Source: a virus (taxonomy: Duplodnaviria; Caudoviricetes). Taken from it: a DNA stretch of 52,165 nt. The notes under the pieces were generated by a model that saw only the letters and a list, made by a program, of their open reading frames with translations, did not search any database and was not told the origin of the DNA. Shown here in pieces: positions 26,161 through 36,880 of the stretch (positions within the stretch are counted from its first letter, which is position 1; each line of letters starts with the position of its first letter). Location: positions 1-52,165 of the IMG/VR virus record IMGVR_UViG_3300032053_000109, one strand, 5' to 3'. A program made the translations under genes and the position numbers.

Positions 26161-27549
26161 TTAAATATAAAATGGACCTGCGTAAGGCATACCAGCCATT
26201 AGGTAGTCATGTACTGAAAAAGAAATTCCGTCGTCTTGTAATGTTGGAGCTACTATAATATCACCAAAGGTTCTATACTGCTCTACCACACTGTCAAGAT
26301 CTCCATTAACTACTTTCTCAAGTTGATCTAGTCTCTTATTAAATTGCTTTAAGATGTCAGTGATATCATCCACCCTATTTTCTAGGGATAGATTAATTAC
26401 CACAGGCTTGGTTGGGGTGGAACTATAGGAAGTTGATTTGATAATTAAGTCATCATCAATACCCAAATCGGGTATTGTAACTCTTACCGCCTCACCTGCC
26501 CTATAATTTCCAGAAAAGGGAGATATACTACCAACCAAAATAGGATTTGCATGTTTGTTAAGATAAGTAATACCTATCTGAGTAGCTAAATCTCTATCAT
26601 TTGTGGTAACTTTAATGATATCTTCTAGTTGTCCATAAGTGGTGGAACTTGGGTCATTATAAAGTACCAATCTAACAGGATATTCATAATGATATGTTAT
26701 TACTGCAGTTCCTGTGGTAGTTAGTGCGGGAATTAATAGTTTTTCATTATAATTTAATAGAAAATCATAAGCACTAGCCAAATCAACATTTTGTATGCCT
26801 ACTGTCTTGGAGGCTGTACCTATTTTCACAGCAATTCTATGTGGTTTATAATCCAGGGTTATATTTGCAGTTGTTACTACCACAGTTTGCGAGGCTGTAA
26901 CCCCTGATATAGCATTTGCTCCTTTTACCCATAATTTATTAACCAACTTACTAGAATCATATGCGAATGAGGCAGTACCCTTATGATAATTATTATAAGT
27001 TATAGAGGCTGTGTTAAAACTAACCTTCTGGGAGTAGAAATTGAAAACTAAATCTTTATCTATATTCCATCCAAACCCACTAAGTGCACATAATTCCTCT
27101 AAGACATCCCATAAGAATCTATCAGAATAAACTACATTGACTATGGTTGCTGAGGAATCAATATTCAAAGCGGTAACAAATGGTAGGTATGCAGTAGCTA
27201 AAGCACTCACAATGGAGTCCAGGGTAGAATTAGCCGTATAAGCTTCATTTACTATAATATTTTGGGTTTTTGCTGCATATTCTAATCCTTCCACAGTGAC
27301 CACCTTCAGGGGTCCATTTTTGGTTACTGGAGGATTTTGTATGAATCCCCTGAAGATATGACCATCCTGATTTATTACTACATCTGTACCTACCACTAAA
27401 GACGTTAGCGAGGCAGTTGCATGAAAAGGTAATGCCATACTAAAATTTCCTGCTCTATCTGTGGTAGACTGTTGAGTAGTAACCGATTCATATACTTTGA
27501 TAGTTTCTGAAGCAGTTGTAGAAGGTGGTGTTATTACTATGGTTGTCAA
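26161..27549 (-). CDS. Tail tip/hub protein
   Basis: Directly after tape measure; IFRGFI, WNIDKD, VNKLWVKG, STTYG patterns. Confidence 0.7.
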   Translation of the reverse strand: MTTIVITPPSTTASETIKVYESVTTQQSTTDRAGNFSMALPFHATASLTSLVVGTDVVINQDGHIFRGFIQNPPVTKNGPLKVVTVEGLEYAAKTQNIIVNEAYTANSTLDSIVSALATAYLPFVTALNIDSSATIVNVVYSDRFLWDVLEELCALSGFGWNIDKDLVFNFYSQKVSFNTASITYNNYHKGTASFAYDSSKLVNKLWVKGANAISGVTASQTVVVTTANITLDYKPHRIAVKIGTASKTVGIQNVDLASAYDFLLNYNEKLLIPALTTTGTAVITYHYEYPVRLVLYNDPSSTTYGQLEDIIKVTTNDRDLATQIGITYLNKHANPILVGSISPFSGNYRAGEAVRVTIPDLGIDDDLIIKSTSYSSTPTKPVVINLSLENRVDDITDILKQFNKRLDQLEKVVNGDLDSVVEQYRTFGDIIVAPTLQDDGISFSVHDYLMAGMPYAGPFYI

Positions 27550-30404
27550 TAGAAGCCACCCCCTATAGCAGAAGCATATTTTTTATTCATTTTATTGCTT
27601 ATAATCTCCACAAGTTCGTTCATCCCACTGGAACCTACTAGAGTTCCCACGGTCACGCTGATGTTTCCAAATGCACCATTGGGAGTTACTGAACTTCCTC
27701 GGGGTAAGTTTACTAACTCAGGTCCAAATTCACCAACCAGGGACATCCCACCAGATGCAAAGTTTGTTCCTTTGGCATAGGCTGGTATTGTACCACCTGC
27801 TCTTCTTGCTGCTTCAGCCATTTGATGAGCTGCATCCATTCCAGCTTGATTACCTTGAGACCTAGCAACATTCCAGTAAGATTGTGCAGCTAATATAACC
27901 TCATTTTGAGCATTCTTTAGAGCATTAACCATAGCAAGAGCCTCATTAACCGCTGCTTGAATACCTGTCTTGGTGCTATTAATACCATCGATGAGTTTTT
28001 CTCCAAAAGATTGTCCTGCATCCTGCCATTTGGGGTAATAAGTTTCTAATAAAGTAATAAGTTCTCCATTATTAGCATCTAGAGCTAAATATCTAGCGGT
28101 GGCTTGTAGGCTTTCCTCTTCATTAAGTTTTCCATATTGTTCTTTTACTCTATCCATTTCTAAAGCAAAAGAAGCCAATTGAAAATCTTGCATAAGAATT
28201 TCACTAGCTTTTTTAGCCTCATTCTCAGCCGTATATTGAGCTCTTTTTATCTCAGCATTTGTGCGTATGGTCTCAATTTCCTTAGTAAACCCATCTTTTT
28301 CAATTTGTCTCTGTTCCAATACCATTTGTCGAGAGTGTTCCACAATCAGCTCATCGATTTCTTTTTGTATTGTAGCTCTTTCTTTTGTATCATCTGTGGT
28401 AGTTAGTTTCTGTTGCTTTTGCCCTAAAGTTTCACGATACTCAGTTTCTTTAAGGGCTTTATCCTCTTGTTCTGTTAGATTATCCAAGGCATCCATTTTA
28501 GCCTGTAGAGCTTTTATTTCTGCAGAGGAACTATCATCCAGAGTTTTCAACTTAGCAAGAAGTTCTCTATCATATTGCTCAATATTATAACTTGTTTGCC
28601 TTCTTAGATTCTCAGATTGTTTTGTTAGAGAGTCTAACTGTATTTGCTCTTCCTTAGAATACTTTTTCTTCAGAGCTTCAATGGTAGCATTACCCAGATT
28701 ATTTAAAGCAGATATGGTTCGTTGACCATAATCCTTAGCAAAAGCCTGAGATTCTTTCATATTATTCTCTAACTCATCTGATAAAGCCTTAGCAGTTTTC
28801 TTAGCCAGTGATGTGGCAGCTTTTTGAGCTTTAGGAGTTTCGTTCTCCACACCAACTGCAATACCAAGAGCTACTTCTTCTCCATAGCCTATTGTAAGCT
28901 TAGCGGGGGAAGCAATTCCAAAAAAGTCCTTGATGGTGCTACCTATACCTGATACAAACTCTGTTATTTTAGATTTTATCCAATCAGACATGCTTGATAT
29001 ACCGCCCCAAAGACCCTTTACAATATTACTTCCAACTTCACCCATATAATTTGCAAACTCTTTGAACTTGGTAACTACCAAATCCCAATTCGTATATAAG
29101 TAGTAAGCAGCAGCCACAAGAGCTCCTATTGCAAGTATTGTTAGGGTTATGGGAGATGTTAATACCCCTAATACTACTGTAAAAGCTCCCGTTATCGCAG
29201 TGGCAGTTGCACAGACTGTTGACCATATTCCTGTAGCAATTGCAGCTAAATTAATGGCTATTAGGTATAGTCCAAATGAAGCTGCAGAGGCAGCCACTCC
29301 CACAGCAAGGGGCTTTAATTTCTCCCAGTTCTTTTCAAAAGCTATAGTTAGATCAAGAGTAGTTTTGAGTATATCTTTCAATAAAGCCCAAGCACTTGCG
29401 GCAGCTTTTTCTAAAAGTTCAAATCCAGTCTTAAGATAGGGCAATACCCTAGCGTAGAGCTCATCAAATTTTAGTTTTAAAGCATCCACAACAAACTTTA
29501 CTTTATCTAAAGTTTCTCTAGATATACCCATCTTTTCAATCCAAGCAGAGATGGGAAAATTTCCACTCTGTATCACTTCAATTAACTTGTTTAACTGACT
29601 AGCCCCCTTGGATAAAGAGTCTAGAAATGGACCTGCAACCCTACCAGCCAATTGTTCAAAGCTAGTTGTTAATAGTCTTAACTGATTGGCAAAACCATCT
29701 TGAGTTCTAGCAAAATCTCCCTGTGCATCCTTGGTTGCCTTCATAATATAAGCATATCTAATACTAACTTGTTCTGCTTGGGTCATTTCCTGATAGGATT
29801 TCTTAACTCCCAAGGATAAAGCCAAAGCCTCAAGATTAGCCACAGACATATTTATACCCAGTTGTTTTAAAGGTTCAGTTTCTCCAGAAATACCCGCTCT
29901 TAATTTATCAAAAGCATCCTGTTGAGCTATGTTATAAAATGATGCCAAATCTCCAGAGAGACTTCCCAAATTGGTTGACATTTTTATAACTGCATCTCCT
30001 GCAAGACCTGAGGATTTTAGCATCGCACCCATGGTTGAACCGAATTTCTTGGCTTGTAATTCGGATAACCCAAAACTATTAAGAGCAGTATTTGCCCAAG
30101 TTTCAATTTTCTTACTACCCTCGGCACCAAATGTAACATCCACAACATTCTGAACTTCCTGTAAATCACTAGCAGTCATTATGGCTTTCTTACCAATCTC
30201 TAGCATTTTACTGCCTAGATTAGCAACCATATTAGTTATACCCAAGCCACCTGCAAAAGACAGAGCTTGAGAAATAATACCTCCAGTTCTGGTGGAAGCT
30301 GTTCCTACCTCCCCCAATCTTCCATGGAGTCTTGCTAATTCAGCGTTGAACCCCTGAATGTTAGCATCAATATTTACTAATACATCATATGCAGAGTCAG
30401 CCAT
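27546..30404 (-). CDS. Tail tape measure protein
   Basis: 952 aa; ASDLQEVQNVVDVTFG, SGETEPLKQLGI, FANQLR, C-terminal YAKGT...VGEFGPELV. Confidence 0.9.
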   Translation of the reverse strand: MADSAYDVLVNIDANIQGFNAELARLHGRLGEVGTASTRTGGIISQALSFAGGLGITNMVANLGSKMLEIGKKAIMTASDLQEVQNVVDVTFGAEGSKKIETWANTALNSFGLSELQAKKFGSTMGAMLKSSGLAGDAVIKMSTNLGSLSGDLASFYNIAQQDAFDKLRAGISGETEPLKQLGINMSVANLEALALSLGVKKSYQEMTQAEQVSIRYAYIMKATKDAQGDFARTQDGFANQLRLLTTSFEQLAGRVAGPFLDSLSKGASQLNKLIEVIQSGNFPISAWIEKMGISRETLDKVKFVVDALKLKFDELYARVLPYLKTGFELLEKAAASAWALLKDILKTTLDLTIAFEKNWEKLKPLAVGVAASAASFGLYLIAINLAAIATGIWSTVCATATAITGAFTVVLGVLTSPITLTILAIGALVAAAYYLYTNWDLVVTKFKEFANYMGEVGSNIVKGLWGGISSMSDWIKSKITEFVSGIGSTIKDFFGIASPAKLTIGYGEEVALGIAVGVENETPKAQKAATSLAKKTAKALSDELENNMKESQAFAKDYGQRTISALNNLGNATIEALKKKYSKEEQIQLDSLTKQSENLRRQTSYNIEQYDRELLAKLKTLDDSSSAEIKALQAKMDALDNLTEQEDKALKETEYRETLGQKQQKLTTTDDTKERATIQKEIDELIVEHSRQMVLEQRQIEKDGFTKEIETIRTNAEIKRAQYTAENEAKKASEILMQDFQLASFALEMDRVKEQYGKLNEEESLQATARYLALDANNGELITLLETYYPKWQDAGQSFGEKLIDGINSTKTGIQAAVNEALAMVNALKNAQNEVILAAQSYWNVARSQGNQAGMDAAHQMAEAARRAGGTIPAYAKGTNFASGGMSLVGEFGPELVNLPRGSSVTPNGAFGNISVTVGTLVGSSGMNELVEIISNKMNKKYASAIGGGFY

Positions 30405-30418
30405 GTTACACCCCCTCT

Positions 30419-30682
30419 CTAAAACCCAATTTGGTCTATATATACTCCAGTTTCTATTGGGTTGTTCTTATTACCCCCACAGAATTCTTCAAAAGTTCCC
30501 TCATATTGACCTATGCAGTAAGCTAACCACATTTTATCTATTCTTATTTCTTCTAAACCAGTTGCATAGAGGTCTAAAAATTCATCTATGGGTAAATTTA
30601 GAATATAATTAATGTCTGAGTATCTGCTAAGTAGTGTATCCCTTAATAATCCAGTTTCTACTTGGCAGCAAATTTGAAAAAA
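30419..30682 (-). CDS. gpT-like extension of tail assembly chaperone via -1 frameshift
   Basis: Slippery T TTT TTC at 30676-30682; -1 frame open with no upstream ATG or RBS (QICCQVETGLLRDTLLSRYSDINYILNLPIDEF...IDQIGF*) up to the tape-measure RBS. Confidence 0.75.
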   Translation of the reverse strand, partial: FFQICCQVETGLLRDTLLSRYSDINYILNLPIDEFLDLYATGLEEIRIDKMWLAYCIGQYEGTFEEFCGGNKNNPIETGVYIDQIGF

Positions 30683-30972
30683 CTTGCAAAATTGGGGTCC
30701 TTAAATATAGTAGTACATATTTCTATAATCTCCTCTAAAGGCAATTCTCCTACTTCCTCAGGAGTCTTATCCACTATAGCCGAGATGAAAAGATAAAATT
30801 CTCGTTCAGCATTAGAAAGATTCTCAAGAACTAACATTATCAGGTCTAAGCCTACTCGAGTAGCATTTCCTTCCTGTATCTCCGACAGTACCTTTCTCAT
30901 ATCTTCTTTTAATTCCATCTTTTTTACTAACTTTGAAAAATTGAATATATCACTAGTCTTTAAACCTCTCAT
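30658..30972 (-). CDS. Tail assembly chaperone (gpG-like; start revised)
   Basis: Between major tail and tape measure; RBS GAGGAG before MRGLKTSD. Confidence 0.8.
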   Translation of the reverse strand: MRGLKTSDIFNFSKLVKKMELKEDMRKVLSEIQEGNATRVGLDLIMLVLENLSNAEREFYLFISAIVDKTPEEVGELPLEEIIEICTTIFKDPNFASFFKFAAK

Positions 30973-31036
30973 GTAATAGCTCCTCTCAAATAATAATGGA
31001 AAGGGGATATTATCCCCCACCACCTGATTTTTATGT

Positions 31037-31933
31037 CTAAGCCACTGTTGTAAATCTTACTGATACTGCTGTAGCCATTGCATTTCCAACTAGGTCTTTG
31101 ACTCCTGTTCCAATTGTTAAATTGAACGTTGTTGTTGCAGTCAAAGCAGGTTGTACCAAGGTCACAGTAGAACTTACCACTGTAAGACTTGTGTATGCAA
31201 AGGTTGCTCCAGAAGTAGGTATAGAAAGGGTGAAGTTCGAAGCAATAACCGTACTAGCGAGAATTGGCTCACTAAATGTAACCGTCATTGTAGCTCCTGC
31301 ACTTCTAGCTGCAGCTGTAGAGCCAGCAGTAACCACAGAACTGACGAATGTTGGAGCTGTAGTCTCAGCTGTTGTTCCGTATACGGAAGCAAACCAGTTA
31401 GTGCCTATATCCGCTGTGTAATCTGTAGCATCTGAGCGAGTAGACTTTTTGTACTTTCCATCATAAACTCTCTGAGTAAATTTTCCCTTGAAAGTAAGTG
31501 TTTGGAAATTAATTTTATCACCCTTAGTCTCATGCTTAACTTCTGGCTTGGAGAATTTTCCTTTAAGCAACCAAATGTAGGAATAAGCGGAGTTTGAGCG
31601 TAAAGCTCTGAACCCAAAAGCTACATCCACAGGTTGGTCACTTGCTTTTTCATCCATAACACCACCAGTGATTGTATGCCCCATAAGTGTAGCATAGTCT
31701 TCCTGTGACATATCGGCAATACTTACGTCAACTTCAATTTGTCCAATGGATTCAGCCGTGTCATATGGTCCATCATCGGCGAATAGTGTAGCAACCTCAG
31801 AATTTGGGTTAACTGATACTGACACAGCTCCCGCTAATGCAACTGGAGCTTGATATGTTATAGCTGAAGATGTGTCTAGTGATACTAATGAATAATAAAA
31901 TTTGTCTAACCCCATTAATACTTTCTTTGCCAT
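31037..31933 (-). CDS. Major tail protein (phi13-like) with C-terminal Ig-like domain
   Basis: GLDKFYY, LFADDG, VAFGF, WLLKGKF, ETKGDKINFQ; C-terminal TAPTF...VTFSEPI...GVKDLVGN. Confidence 0.9.
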   Translation of the reverse strand: MAKKVLMGLDKFYYSLVSLDTSSAITYQAPVALAGAVSVSVNPNSEVATLFADDGPYDTAESIGQIEVDVSIADMSQEDYATLMGHTITGGVMDEKASDQPVDVAFGFRALRSNSAYSYIWLLKGKFSKPEVKHETKGDKINFQTLTFKGKFTQRVYDGKYKKSTRSDATDYTADIGTNWFASVYGTTAETTAPTFVSSVVTAGSTAAARSAGATMTVTFSEPILASTVIASNFTLSIPTSGATFAYTSLTVVSSTVTLVQPALTATTTFNLTIGTGVKDLVGNAMATAVSVRFTTVA

Positions 31934-31948
31934 GATTATTACCTCCTT

Positions 31949-32311
31949 TTAGTTTGGGTCGATATAGTGATTTACATATAGCATGGATTTTTGGTGTATA
32001 GCCGTACTAGCCTCATATCTATCCTGAGCTTTTATCCTAGCAAAACCTTCTGAAACCATAATGGTGTCAATTGCTTGGGCTACTGCAGAGGTGCTACCAT
32101 CATTCCATACATCTATCTGATAGATAATTTCACTTCCAACCTCCAAATTATCACAATAAAACTCTCCCGAATTATCATACTCAAAATAACTAATGCAGGG
32201 TAAAGTCTTAAAGTCATTTGGAAAATGAAAGTATACTCTATCAGCAACCAAGGTATATAAAGCAGTAGCAGTCTTTAGTGCACTTACAACACTAGTTTTA
32301 ATATTTTGCAT
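31949..32311 (-). CDS. Tail terminator/completion protein
   Basis: PCISYFE, YQIDVW, IM...GF.R; synteny. Confidence 0.8.
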   Translation of the reverse strand: MQNIKTSVVSALKTATALYTLVADRVYFHFPNDFKTLPCISYFEYDNSGEFYCDNLEVGSEIIYQIDVWNDGSTSAVAQAIDTIMVSEGFARIKAQDRYEASTAIHQKSMLYVNHYIDPN

Positions 32312-32315
32312 AATG

Positions 32316-32720
32316 TCACCCCTTTAGGGCATCTCGTATTGCCTTTGATATTAGATTTCGTATTTTTGCTCTGTTCTTTAGCAATGCAGGTCCAAGATAG
32401 GGTTGAGCAGGAATTCCTTTACTACTTCCATACTCATAATCAGAAGGAGCAATAACCCCACTTGAGGCTCCCCTTTCTCCTGTACCATATTCTTGGAATG
32501 GACCATAGAAAACTGAAGTTCCAACCTCAGCAGAATAAATTTCATTACCCTCTATAATTCTATGACTTATGCTATTCCTAAGAAGTCCTTCATCCACAGG
32601 GGCGTTAAGTTTGGCATCACGTTCAACCAGTAGAGCTGAGGTTGTTATTGCTGCCTTGATATTTTCTTTTGCTTTTTGTTTAATTGCTCTCATTTTGGCT
32701 TCAAATTGCTGTGCAGTCAT
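32316..32720 (-). CDS. HK97 gp10-like tail-component protein
   Basis: AKLNAPVDEGLLRNSI, EYGTG, AQPYLGPA. Confidence 0.85.
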   Translation of the reverse strand: MTAQQFEAKMRAIKQKAKENIKAAITTSALLVERDAKLNAPVDEGLLRNSISHRIIEGNEIYSAEVGTSVFYGPFQEYGTGERGASSGVIAPSDYEYGSSKGIPAQPYLGPALLKNRAKIRNLISKAIRDALKG

Positions 32721-32731
32721 AATACCATCCC

Positions 32732-33043
32732 CTATCCTGGGTTACAAAGTAACTCATAATGACGAGGCCACTCCTTAACCCTCTCAATATCATAGATGTC
32801 ACTACCATCTATAATTCTTTGACGAGATAGTTTTGTTATGAGAGTAGTTTTGGTAGCAAATATTAGAAATTCAAACATCTTATCAGACTTACCATGAGGA
32901 GTAAACTCATAATGAGAACTGTTATTTGGTTGAATATCCACATTAATATGAGTATTATTGGCTGTCCAAACTTCTACATCCATACCCTCGTCATCCTGAG
33001 TAACTGTTCTAGTTTGTAGAATAACGCTTTTATTAAGAATCAT
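32732..33043 (-). CDS. Head closure / head-tail adaptor (SPP1 gp16-like)
   Basis: QDDEG....W, YDIERV; synteny. Confidence 0.75.
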   Translation of the reverse strand: MILNKSVILQTRTVTQDDEGMDVEVWTANNTHINVDIQPNNSSHYEFTPHGKSDKMFEFLIFATKTTLITKLSRQRIIDGSDIYDIERVKEWPRHYELLCNPG

Positions 33044-33891
33044 TAGAACACTCCTCTCTTAAAGGAATCCAATGAGGTTAATATACTACTAGAGATATTA
33101 TCTTTCCAGGAGTATGATACATTACCCTGCTTAAGACTTGTTAATCCATAATTCCCAAAATCTTCACCATTATAACTAGAGGCTACAAGATTAAGAGTTG
33201 CATCTTCTACCGCAAAAGGTAATGTCGATAGAGTATATCCAGCCGAATAGACGACCTCGATATTATCCACAGAAGCTGTGATTTCTGGAACCAATCCCGT
33301 CTCATAACCGTAAATTGTCCACCCATCTTCCTTAACAAGATAACCCTTCTCTAAATAAGTAGAATCAGCAGTCACATAATCGACTCCTGCTGTAAGCGAC
33401 GCAGAGGCCACTTTAACGGATGTAATTTTATTAATGGGAAAATATCTTAGAACTAACTTTTGTTGGCCCCTACCCTGGTAAAATTCGCTGTAGGTATCAG
33501 ATATGAACTTTCTATTACAGTACTTACTAATTATATCTGAAGCAGAGTTAATCATTCTCTCTAATTGTCTATCCTTTGAGTAATCCCAGGCATAATATGA
33601 ATATGAAGAACAAGTAATTGAACCCGTTCTTGCTGCGGAGAAAGTAATAGTTGCAGCATCATAATCAATAGTTAGGACTGAGGTTGAGATGGTTGCTGCT
33701 GAACTACCTGTGCCCTCATAAAAAGTCCCAAAATAATTGGGTAATATATAAGTATGAGCAAAAGAGAATGTAATATTAGCACTAGAGACCGCAGTTAAAG
33801 TTTCTGTAGCCGTTACTCCAGTTATTGTGTATAATTTTAGAGTTAGTCTAACGTTTACCATGGTTGTTAGTGCTTGTGCTATGAGTGCCAA
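33043..33891 (-). CDS. Head-tail connector (gp6/gp15-like) with inserted Ser/Thr-rich domain
   Basis: D..LERMINSAS..I.KYCNR.F, VVYSAGY..LP; ~85-aa S/T-rich insert near N-terminus. Confidence 0.75.
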   Translation of the reverse strand: MALIAQALTTMVNVRLTLKLYTITGVTATETLTAVSSANITFSFAHTYILPNYFGTFYEGTGSSAATISTSVLTIDYDAATITFSAARTGSITCSSYSYYAWDYSKDRQLERMINSASDIISKYCNRKFISDTYSEFYQGRGQQKLVLRYFPINKITSVKVASASLTAGVDYVTADSTYLEKGYLVKEDGWTIYGYETGLVPEITASVDNIEVVYSAGYTLSTLPFAVEDATLNLVASSYNGEDFGNYGLTSLKQGNVSYSWKDNISSSILTSLDSFKRGVF

Positions 33892-33982
33892 GTTTCTTCA
33901 CCCCCAATTTGGGAGGAGAGTCTTTCGACTCTTCCCCTTTAGTGGTACTTATTTTAAGCATTTTGTTTTGGTCTTTCTTCAT
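33848..33982 (-). CDS. Small Lys-rich head-associated protein
   Basis: MKKDQNKMLK...; fills the gap after the 33984..34430 gene. Confidence 0.4.
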   Translation of the reverse strand: MKKDQNKMLKISTTKGEESKDSPPKLGVKKLGTHSTSTNNHGKR

Positions 33983-33983
33983 A

Positions 33984-34430
33984 CTAAACTGCTGGTTCAA
34001 CTTGAGCATCACCAAGGATACAAGCAATACCATAAGTTATAGTATTTGTTACCGCAGCAGTAACGGAAGCATAGATTTTGATGAATCTATTAAGCCCAGA
34101 AAGGTTGATTACTTTATCAGTGCTTGTAGTTGCTGCAGAAGTTGGCAACAAACTAAACGTAAAGGTCGTGCTGATTGCACCTGATATAGTAGCAGAAGTT
34201 ACAAGAGTATAAACACCAGTTGCTACATCAGCAGATTGGTATAGAGTACAATTGATGTTGAAGGTTCCACCTGCTGTGGCACAAATGCCCTGTAGGTTGA
34301 ATAATGCGGTATTAAACCCCTTTCTATCAATTGCCACACTTGTTGCTACAGCTGTTGTTGCTGCAGTGTATGTTCCCACGAGACAAGCTCTATCAACTAA
34401 CTGGTCTGTCATTTTCGATTTCATGTACAT
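33984..34430 (-). CDS. Putative capsid decoration protein (Thr/Ala/Ser-rich)
   Basis: Directly after capsid gene; IDRKGF and RFIKI motifs; strong RBS. Confidence 0.65.
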   Translation of the reverse strand: MYMKSKMTDQLVDRACLVGTYTAATTAVATSVAIDRKGFNTALFNLQGICATAGGTFNINCTLYQSADVATGVYTLVTSATISGAISTTFTFSLLPTSAATTSTDKVINLSGLNRFIKIYASVTAAVTNTITYGIACILGDAQVEPAV

Positions 34431-34498
34431 GTTTTCTTCCTCCTTTTATTTTTGATAAGATTAAGAGCACCCCTCAGGATGCTCGCCTACATTACTAA

Positions 34499-35659
34499 TT
34501 ATGAATAGGACCTATTGTAGCAAAGGAATGATTCAGCATGACGTAAAGCCATATCATGTTTGCAAGTGATTTTTAGGATAGTTTGATCAAGTGAGAATGC
34601 TGATTGAAGCTGAGTTCCATCGAAGTATGAAGCTTCATTGGAAGCCATTAATTCGAATGACATTTCTTCTCCAAATAGGAACTCTGAGAAGTCTCCAAAG
34701 AAGATATCAAAGTAAGTAGAGCCAGCAGTTGAATTAGCAGTTGTGATTTGATTAGAAACTTTGAAGTTGTAACCTTCTAACTTACCATTTCTCATTTCAT
34801 CTCTGTAGATGTATTGATTTGTAGTAGTTTTAAGGTTATAGAATGTCGACCAAGTCAAAGCATTCATAATCCAACCCACACTAATCATAGGAGCATTAGC
34901 ATTCATCAAAGCTCCAACGAGGGAACCGGGAAGGTCGGCACTAATGGCAGCAGTTGAGCAAGAGTATGTAGCTGTGATTGAAGATTTTATTCCAAGTGGT
35001 GTGTAAGCTGTACCTGCTCCATACATTGCTGTGTAATCAATCTTTAATTTTGCTTGATTGATAATGTCATCTCTTACGAGAGCATCTGCAGCAGGAGAAG
35101 AGCTTCTGATAAGGTCATTGGAGATAGGAACGAGAACAACAAGTTTCTTTGCACTCATTTTAATATTTCCAAAAGTCTGTTGTGATTTTGTAGCATTTTG
35201 ACTTTCACCTTGATAGTAAGCACTTGACCCACCAGTAAGTTTTGGAAGGTTCAAATTACCATTAGGCATTGGAACTTTTCTTGCTCCAAGTTCCATAACT
35301 GCTGTCTTTGATAAAAGTAATGGAATAACTTCATTGGAATAATCCTCTCTTACTAGGAATCCACCCTCTGATGGAGTTGTTGCTGACAAAGCCTTTAAAG
35401 CCATATGCAATTTCTTATCATTTGGATAAAGAGTTTTTTCTGCATAATTAAGAGCTTTCTCAGGGTCATTCTTAGAAGCTGCAATACATTTGGCAATTCT
35501 AGCAAAACGAATACCTGCATCAGTTTCCTCACCCTTCTCTTCTACTACTGGCTTTCCAGCGATGAAAATACCCTCATATTTCTTTTGTGTGTCTAGTAGA
35601 GGAGTGAGTTTCTCATCAATTTTCTCCTCGATTTTTACCATTAAGTCTTCAAGTTTCAT
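34499..35659 (-). CDS. Major capsid protein, HK97 fold
   Basis: GGFLV, LPKLTGG..AYYQGE, KKLVVLVPISNDLI, FGDFS; coiled-coil delta domain. Confidence 0.92.
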   Translation of the reverse strand: MKLEDLMVKIEEKIDEKLTPLLDTQKKYEGIFIAGKPVVEEKGEETDAGIRFARIAKCIAASKNDPEKALNYAEKTLYPNDKKLHMALKALSATTPSEGGFLVREDYSNEVIPLLLSKTAVMELGARKVPMPNGNLNLPKLTGGSSAYYQGESQNATKSQQTFGNIKMSAKKLVVLVPISNDLIRSSSPAADALVRDDIINQAKLKIDYTAMYGAGTAYTPLGIKSSITATYSCSTAAISADLPGSLVGALMNANAPMISVGWIMNALTWSTFYNLKTTTNQYIYRDEMRNGKLEGYNFKVSNQITTANSTAGSTYFDIFFGDFSEFLFGEEMSFELMASNEASYFDGTQLQSAFSLDQTILKITCKHDMALRHAESFLCYNRSYS

Positions 35660-35660
35660 G

Positions 35661-36869
35661 TTATTTTCCTCCTTTTAATTGATTTATTTTTTTATCTAAA
35701 AAGGTGCTTATTGCTTTATCCAATTCTTCAGGTGTACAGTCAATCTCATCAGGGTCCTCCAAGGATTCGATATCAATTTCATCCCCAGTTATTGGCTCAA
35801 TTATTGGCTCAATTATTGGCTCAATTATTGGTTCTACAATTGGCTCAATTATTGGCTCGGGTGTAAAATCTTTTTTGGGAGGCTTTCCACAGCCATCCTC
35901 TTCATCCTCTTCCTCAGTATCATCTTGGGGCATCATGAATTCTTTCAATTTTCCATGACATCCTTTTAAAACTCCCTCAGCACCAACTAATTCCTCATGA
36001 ATTGATTTTAGGAATTCTTTACTTTTTGCTGATAGTGTTGCACCGGACTTCACTTCCATACCTTTCACCCCCTTGGGAACATAAATTTCTTGTAATGATA
36101 AGCTTTCCATACCCAGAGTAGCAATATCAGTCTCAGGATTATAAGTATATTCTCTTAACGTATATACGTCATTTGATTGCTCTATAATAACAAGACCATC
36201 TGGATAATTAATGGGATATAAATCTTCAATATATACACTAACATACTCCTCATCAGGATTTTTGTAAACCTGATAAATTGTTTCTCTCAAAGATTTTAAT
36301 AACTTAAATACTGAAGGTTGTGTTGGTATTGATAACTGCTTTTCTTGGGGTTTTTCAAGAAATTTTAGTTCATGATCATTAATTATACCTTTACTTCTTG
36401 CCTCAACAAGAGCTCCAGGGTTTGATGGCACAGGAACTATAGATGTTTCTAACAATTCCTGCTTTCTATACCTTCTACCCACATAATTTTTATTTTGATC
36501 AAATATAGCCTCATGTTCTATACCCATGAACCCAACAGAGGTAGTATTAAGGTAGCCAGCCTTGCACATACGATAAACTGTATCAGCAAACTCATATTCA
36601 TCCCTAGTGGCAAATTTAATATCCTGATACATTCTTTTATTTCCATGGTCTAATTCAATACCTACGGTCTTACCCACAGGGAGGCTTCCATAGTCATGAC
36701 CGAATAGAACTACTGGATTTTTCATATAATTATCAATTTGCCATCCAGCAACTTCAATTATATCTCCATCTCTATCCTGCTCTTCTGTGGAGGTAATAAA
36801 TCTTAGTATGCGATTTTGATCTGATACTGTTTGTATTTCATTAGTTATCACTCTATCCTTACGTTCCAT
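35661..36869 (-). CDS. HK97-type prohead protease with long C-terminal extension (start revised)
   Basis: DRDGD, NPVVLFGH, SVGF, LLETSIVPVPSNPGA; RBS AAGGAGG. Confidence 0.9.
   Translation of the reverse strand: MERKDRVITNEIQTVSDQNRILRFITSTEEQDRDGDIIEVAGWQIDNYMKNPVVLFGHDYGSLPVGKTVGIELDHGNKRMYQDIKFATRDEYEFADTVYRMCKAGYLNTTSVGFMGIEHEAIFDQNKNYVGRRYRKQELLETSIVPVPSNPGALVEARSKGIINDHELKFLEKPQEKQLSIPTQPSVFKLLKSLRETIYQVYKNPDEEYVSVYIEDLYPINYPDGLVIIEQSNDVYTLREYTYNPETDIATLGMESLSLQEIYVPKGVKGMEVKSGATLSAKSKEFLKSIHEELVGAEGVLKGCHGKLKEFMMPQDDTEEEDEEDGCGKPPKKDFTPEPIIEPIVEPIIEPIIEPIIEPITGDEIDIESLEDPDEIDCTPEELDKAISTFLDKKINQLKGGK
35790..35860 (-). repeat. 12-bp tandem repeat encoding (EPII)n in protease tail
   Basis: About six GAGCCAATAATT-like units. 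Confidence 0.85.
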
Positions 36870-36880
36870 GATATACCTCC

